Source: Chrysomallon squamiferum
Lineage: Eukaryota; Animalia; Mollusca
NCBI GenBank assembly: GCA_012295275.1
Contig: CM022675.1
Span: 8,742,001 to 8,806,000 of the forward strand
Length of the DNA: 64,000 nucleotides
Direction: 5' to 3'
Position 1 is the stretch's first letter. The number at the start of each line of letters is the position of its first letter. Below the pieces are notes generated by a model. It worked only from the letters and a program-made list of their open reading frames with translations, was not told where the DNA came from and did no database searches. Shown here piece by piece: positions 61,233 to 64,000 of the stretch. A program made the position numbers and the translations under genes.

Positions 61233-61301
61233 CTGAGAGTGTGCGGCCTTGTAACAATTATAACAGACCGGAATTTGGTAACCATGGCAGCCCACAAGAA
61301 G
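61233..61301 (+). CDS. Pea3: PEA3-like coding exon F, 69 nt: xESVRPCNNYNRPEFGNHGSPQE(G)
   Basis: tctttcag|CT GAG AGT GTG...CAA GAA G|gtttgt; phase 1-1, open, joins exon G in frame. Resembles the vertebrate segment EVP(S/N)C..YMR...EG that follows KQEPRD. Confidence 0.8.
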
Positions 61302-61888
61302 GTTTGTATACGTCATAAACCTTATGCTGCCTTTTAGTAAATACATATGAAACAGACAGACAGATAGGCAGACACACATACATACAGATATATCGAGATA
61401 TAGACAGAAGGACAGATAGATAGATAGTCAGACAGATAGATAAATAGACAGACAGAGAGAGAGATAGATAGACAAATGGACAGTAAAATCTCGAAAGGTA
61501 CAAGTAAATAAACAAACAGACTAACATGCAAATACATAAATATTGGAATTAATTAATTAATTTAATAAATAAATTATATTTTAAAGAAATATTTTATAAA
61601 TAATTAAATCGTTCAATAAATGACTAAACACAAATACTGATAAACTGCAATTATTCATAGTATCATTATAAAATGTTATGTTATGTTATGATTTTTTTTT
61701 AATTTTTTAATTTATTTATTTGCTTATTTATTAATTATTTTGTTACTGTTGTTGTAGTAGTAGTGGTTATTATTGCTATTATTATTATCATTTTATTATT
61801 ATTATTATCATTATTATTATCATTATTGTTATCATCATCATCATTATTATCATTATTATTATCATCATCATTATTATTATTATTGTTA

Positions 61889-61926
<38 letters not shown>

Positions 61927-62000
61927 TATTATTGTTATTGTGATTGTTATTGTTATTGTTATTGTTGTTATTATTGTTATTGTTATTGTTATTGGTACAG

Positions 62001-62087
62001 GCACACCTTACCCATACGACAATGCAATGAGGTTTTTTTACCACGAAGATCCTGCTTACTTCAGCCAGCTGCGAGAAAAACACAAAG
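62001..62087 (+). CDS. Pea3: PEA3-like coding exon G, 87 nt: (G)TPYPYDNAMRFFYHEDPAYFSQLREKHK(G)
   Basis: tacag|GC ACA...CAC AAA G|gtaatt; phase 1-1. Non-repetitive island between SSRs. RFFYHED resembles the vertebrate R(Q/L)(F/Y)xDD segment just before the ETS-domain exons. Confidence 0.85.
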
Positions 62088-63016
62088 GTAATTGTTTGTT
62101 TGTTTGTTTGTTTGTTTGTCTGTCTGTTTATTTGTTTGTTTGTTTGTTTGTTTGTTTGTTTACAACTCGATATTTAACATATTTACATCCATACATCCTT
62201 ACCTTTATACATACATTCTTAGATGCGCACGCACATTACATATTTACATACATACATACACGCACACATTTAAACACATACAAATACACACATATATATA
62301 CATTCATACATATATCCATACATATTTACATAATTACACACATACATATATACATAATAGATATACAATGCTGTATGTGTGTGTATTTGTGTATATTAAT
62401 ATTATATATATGTGTGTGTGTGTGTGTGTGTATATATTTATATGTACATATATATATATACATATATCCATCTATTTATCATCCACACATACATCTGTCC
62501 ATCCATCCATCCCTTCATCCATCTATCTATCTAGCCACATAAATACACACGTGCGCGCGCACACACACACAATAAGCACGCACTGACACACACACACACA
62601 CATGCTACTAAATTGCTATCACATGTGGACAATGAAAGTTTACGTCTGTATCGTTTCCTTCAACAAAGTAAACACAAATTGTTGTTTTAACACAGAAAAA
62701 AAACCCTTTCTCCTAATTACTCTCTATAGCTGCACTTGTATTTAAATAAACACAGATATGCCGTGGATAGCTTAATTACATGCAGAAGTCTTTATAATTT
62801 ATGGCTGGATCGAGTAATGCAGTGGTTTGTTTTCGTTATTGAAGAGAATGTTAATTTTGTGCAGTTTTTTTTTTTTTTTTATTTGTGACCACTTTCAACG
62901 AAAGGTACATTACGTTAACGAGAGATTATAGGTGTAATAAACAGTTTAAAATAATTAGTCTATTTATTTATATACTTGTTTATTATCGTCGTTATCGTCA
63001 TCATTATCACTATTCC

Positions 63017-63111
<95 letters not shown>

Positions 63112-63304
63112 TTGTGCATCTTTCTTTATCAACATGGCTGTCTATCTATTTGTCTGTCTGTTTATATTTTTTGTTCAATATTTTACTAGATTTTATTACA
63201 TGTTATCTTCTTTCATTTCTTTCATTTATTTTATTTTATTTTTACTTTTACTTTTACTTTTATTTCGTTTCGTTTCACTAGTTTTAGTTTATTTTATTTT
63301 TTTC

Positions 63305-63348
<44 letters not shown>

Positions 63349-63818
63349 GATTATTATTTTTTTTATATCTCTAACAAGTTCTGTATGTGATACTCAAAAG
63401 TAATCTAGTGTGATTGTGACAAAAAAAAAAAAAAAAAAATTCAAAGGCAAATGTATCAACACAGTGAAACTAGAGATCCTTTTCTTTTCAACTAATGTAG
63501 AAATAATTGATGTGTTTTCATACCATCAAGACCGCGGGGGGTGAAAAACCACACAACAGGGGCGGGTCCATAAAGATTTTGTGGGGGGGTGGGTACGATT
63601 TGTGAAGGGATGCTGCAACTTTCGTTAATGGAATTGGTTTCATTATAATGAAAAAAATATATATATATAAATCGTTTGTAGAGAAGAAATAAGACTGGTT
63701 TTGTTGGGAGGGGTGGAGAATGGAAAGCCACACCCTATACATGTACTCCAGGCCCGACCCCAGTCTATACCATCTTCGTATCACATCATCGATTCCAGTG
63801 ACAATTCGTCAACGTTCC

Positions 63819-63852
<34 letters not shown>

Positions 63853-64000
63853 CGAAGCGAAAAAATTCCCTTCTCGGATTTTATTACATTTAATGTCGAA
63901 ATTGACCTATTTAGTGTAATTTTGAATAATTAATGAAAAGTAATCAAAAAGTACCATTGTCTGGCATTAATAACATACGAGAAGAGCTGTGAAATAACGG

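Noticed and set aside
63701-63919. ORF that might be the next PEA3 exon
   Set aside because: No good acceptor and none of the expected pre-ETS or ETS motifs (RRGSLQLWQFL); overlaps a probable decayed repeat and a poly-A run.

Overview
Eukaryotic, very AT-rich, microsatellite-saturated invertebrate genomic DNA (mollusc-like by appearance; species cannot be fixed from sequence alone). Nearly all ORFs in the supplied track are simple-repeat artefacts. The window holds the 5' part of one + strand, large-intron gene for a PEA3-subfamily ETS transcription factor (ETV1/ETV4/ETV5 co-orthologue). I read seven short coding exons by hand: 15460-15569, 24182-24229, 33700-33759, 55078-55336, 58103-~58325/58339, 61233-61301 and 62001-62087. 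They give hallmark PEA3 motifs ([29 protein letters not shown]...EQFVPDF...KFEYGEKA...RFPRSNSEP...HIKQEPGD). The ETS DNA-binding domain is not in the window and should lie downstream. Introns alternate between SSR blocks and short CpG-rich unique islands carrying many CRE, YY1-like, E2F, ETS and CCAAT motifs. Most notable: (i) an inverted ~113-bp repeat pair brackets the frame-preserving 48-nt activation-domain exon; (ii) splice donors have been locally amplified after two different exons; (iii) there is one splice-phase break at the end of the KQEP exon that looks like a local sequence error or damaged allele; (iv) at least 12 perfect TGACGTCA sites; (v) a MITE-like element with TIRs and a 5-bp flanking duplication. 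I see no prokaryotic-type system (no CRISPR, rRNA or tRNA) and cannot claim a wholly new biological system; the splicing-related structures are the best leads.
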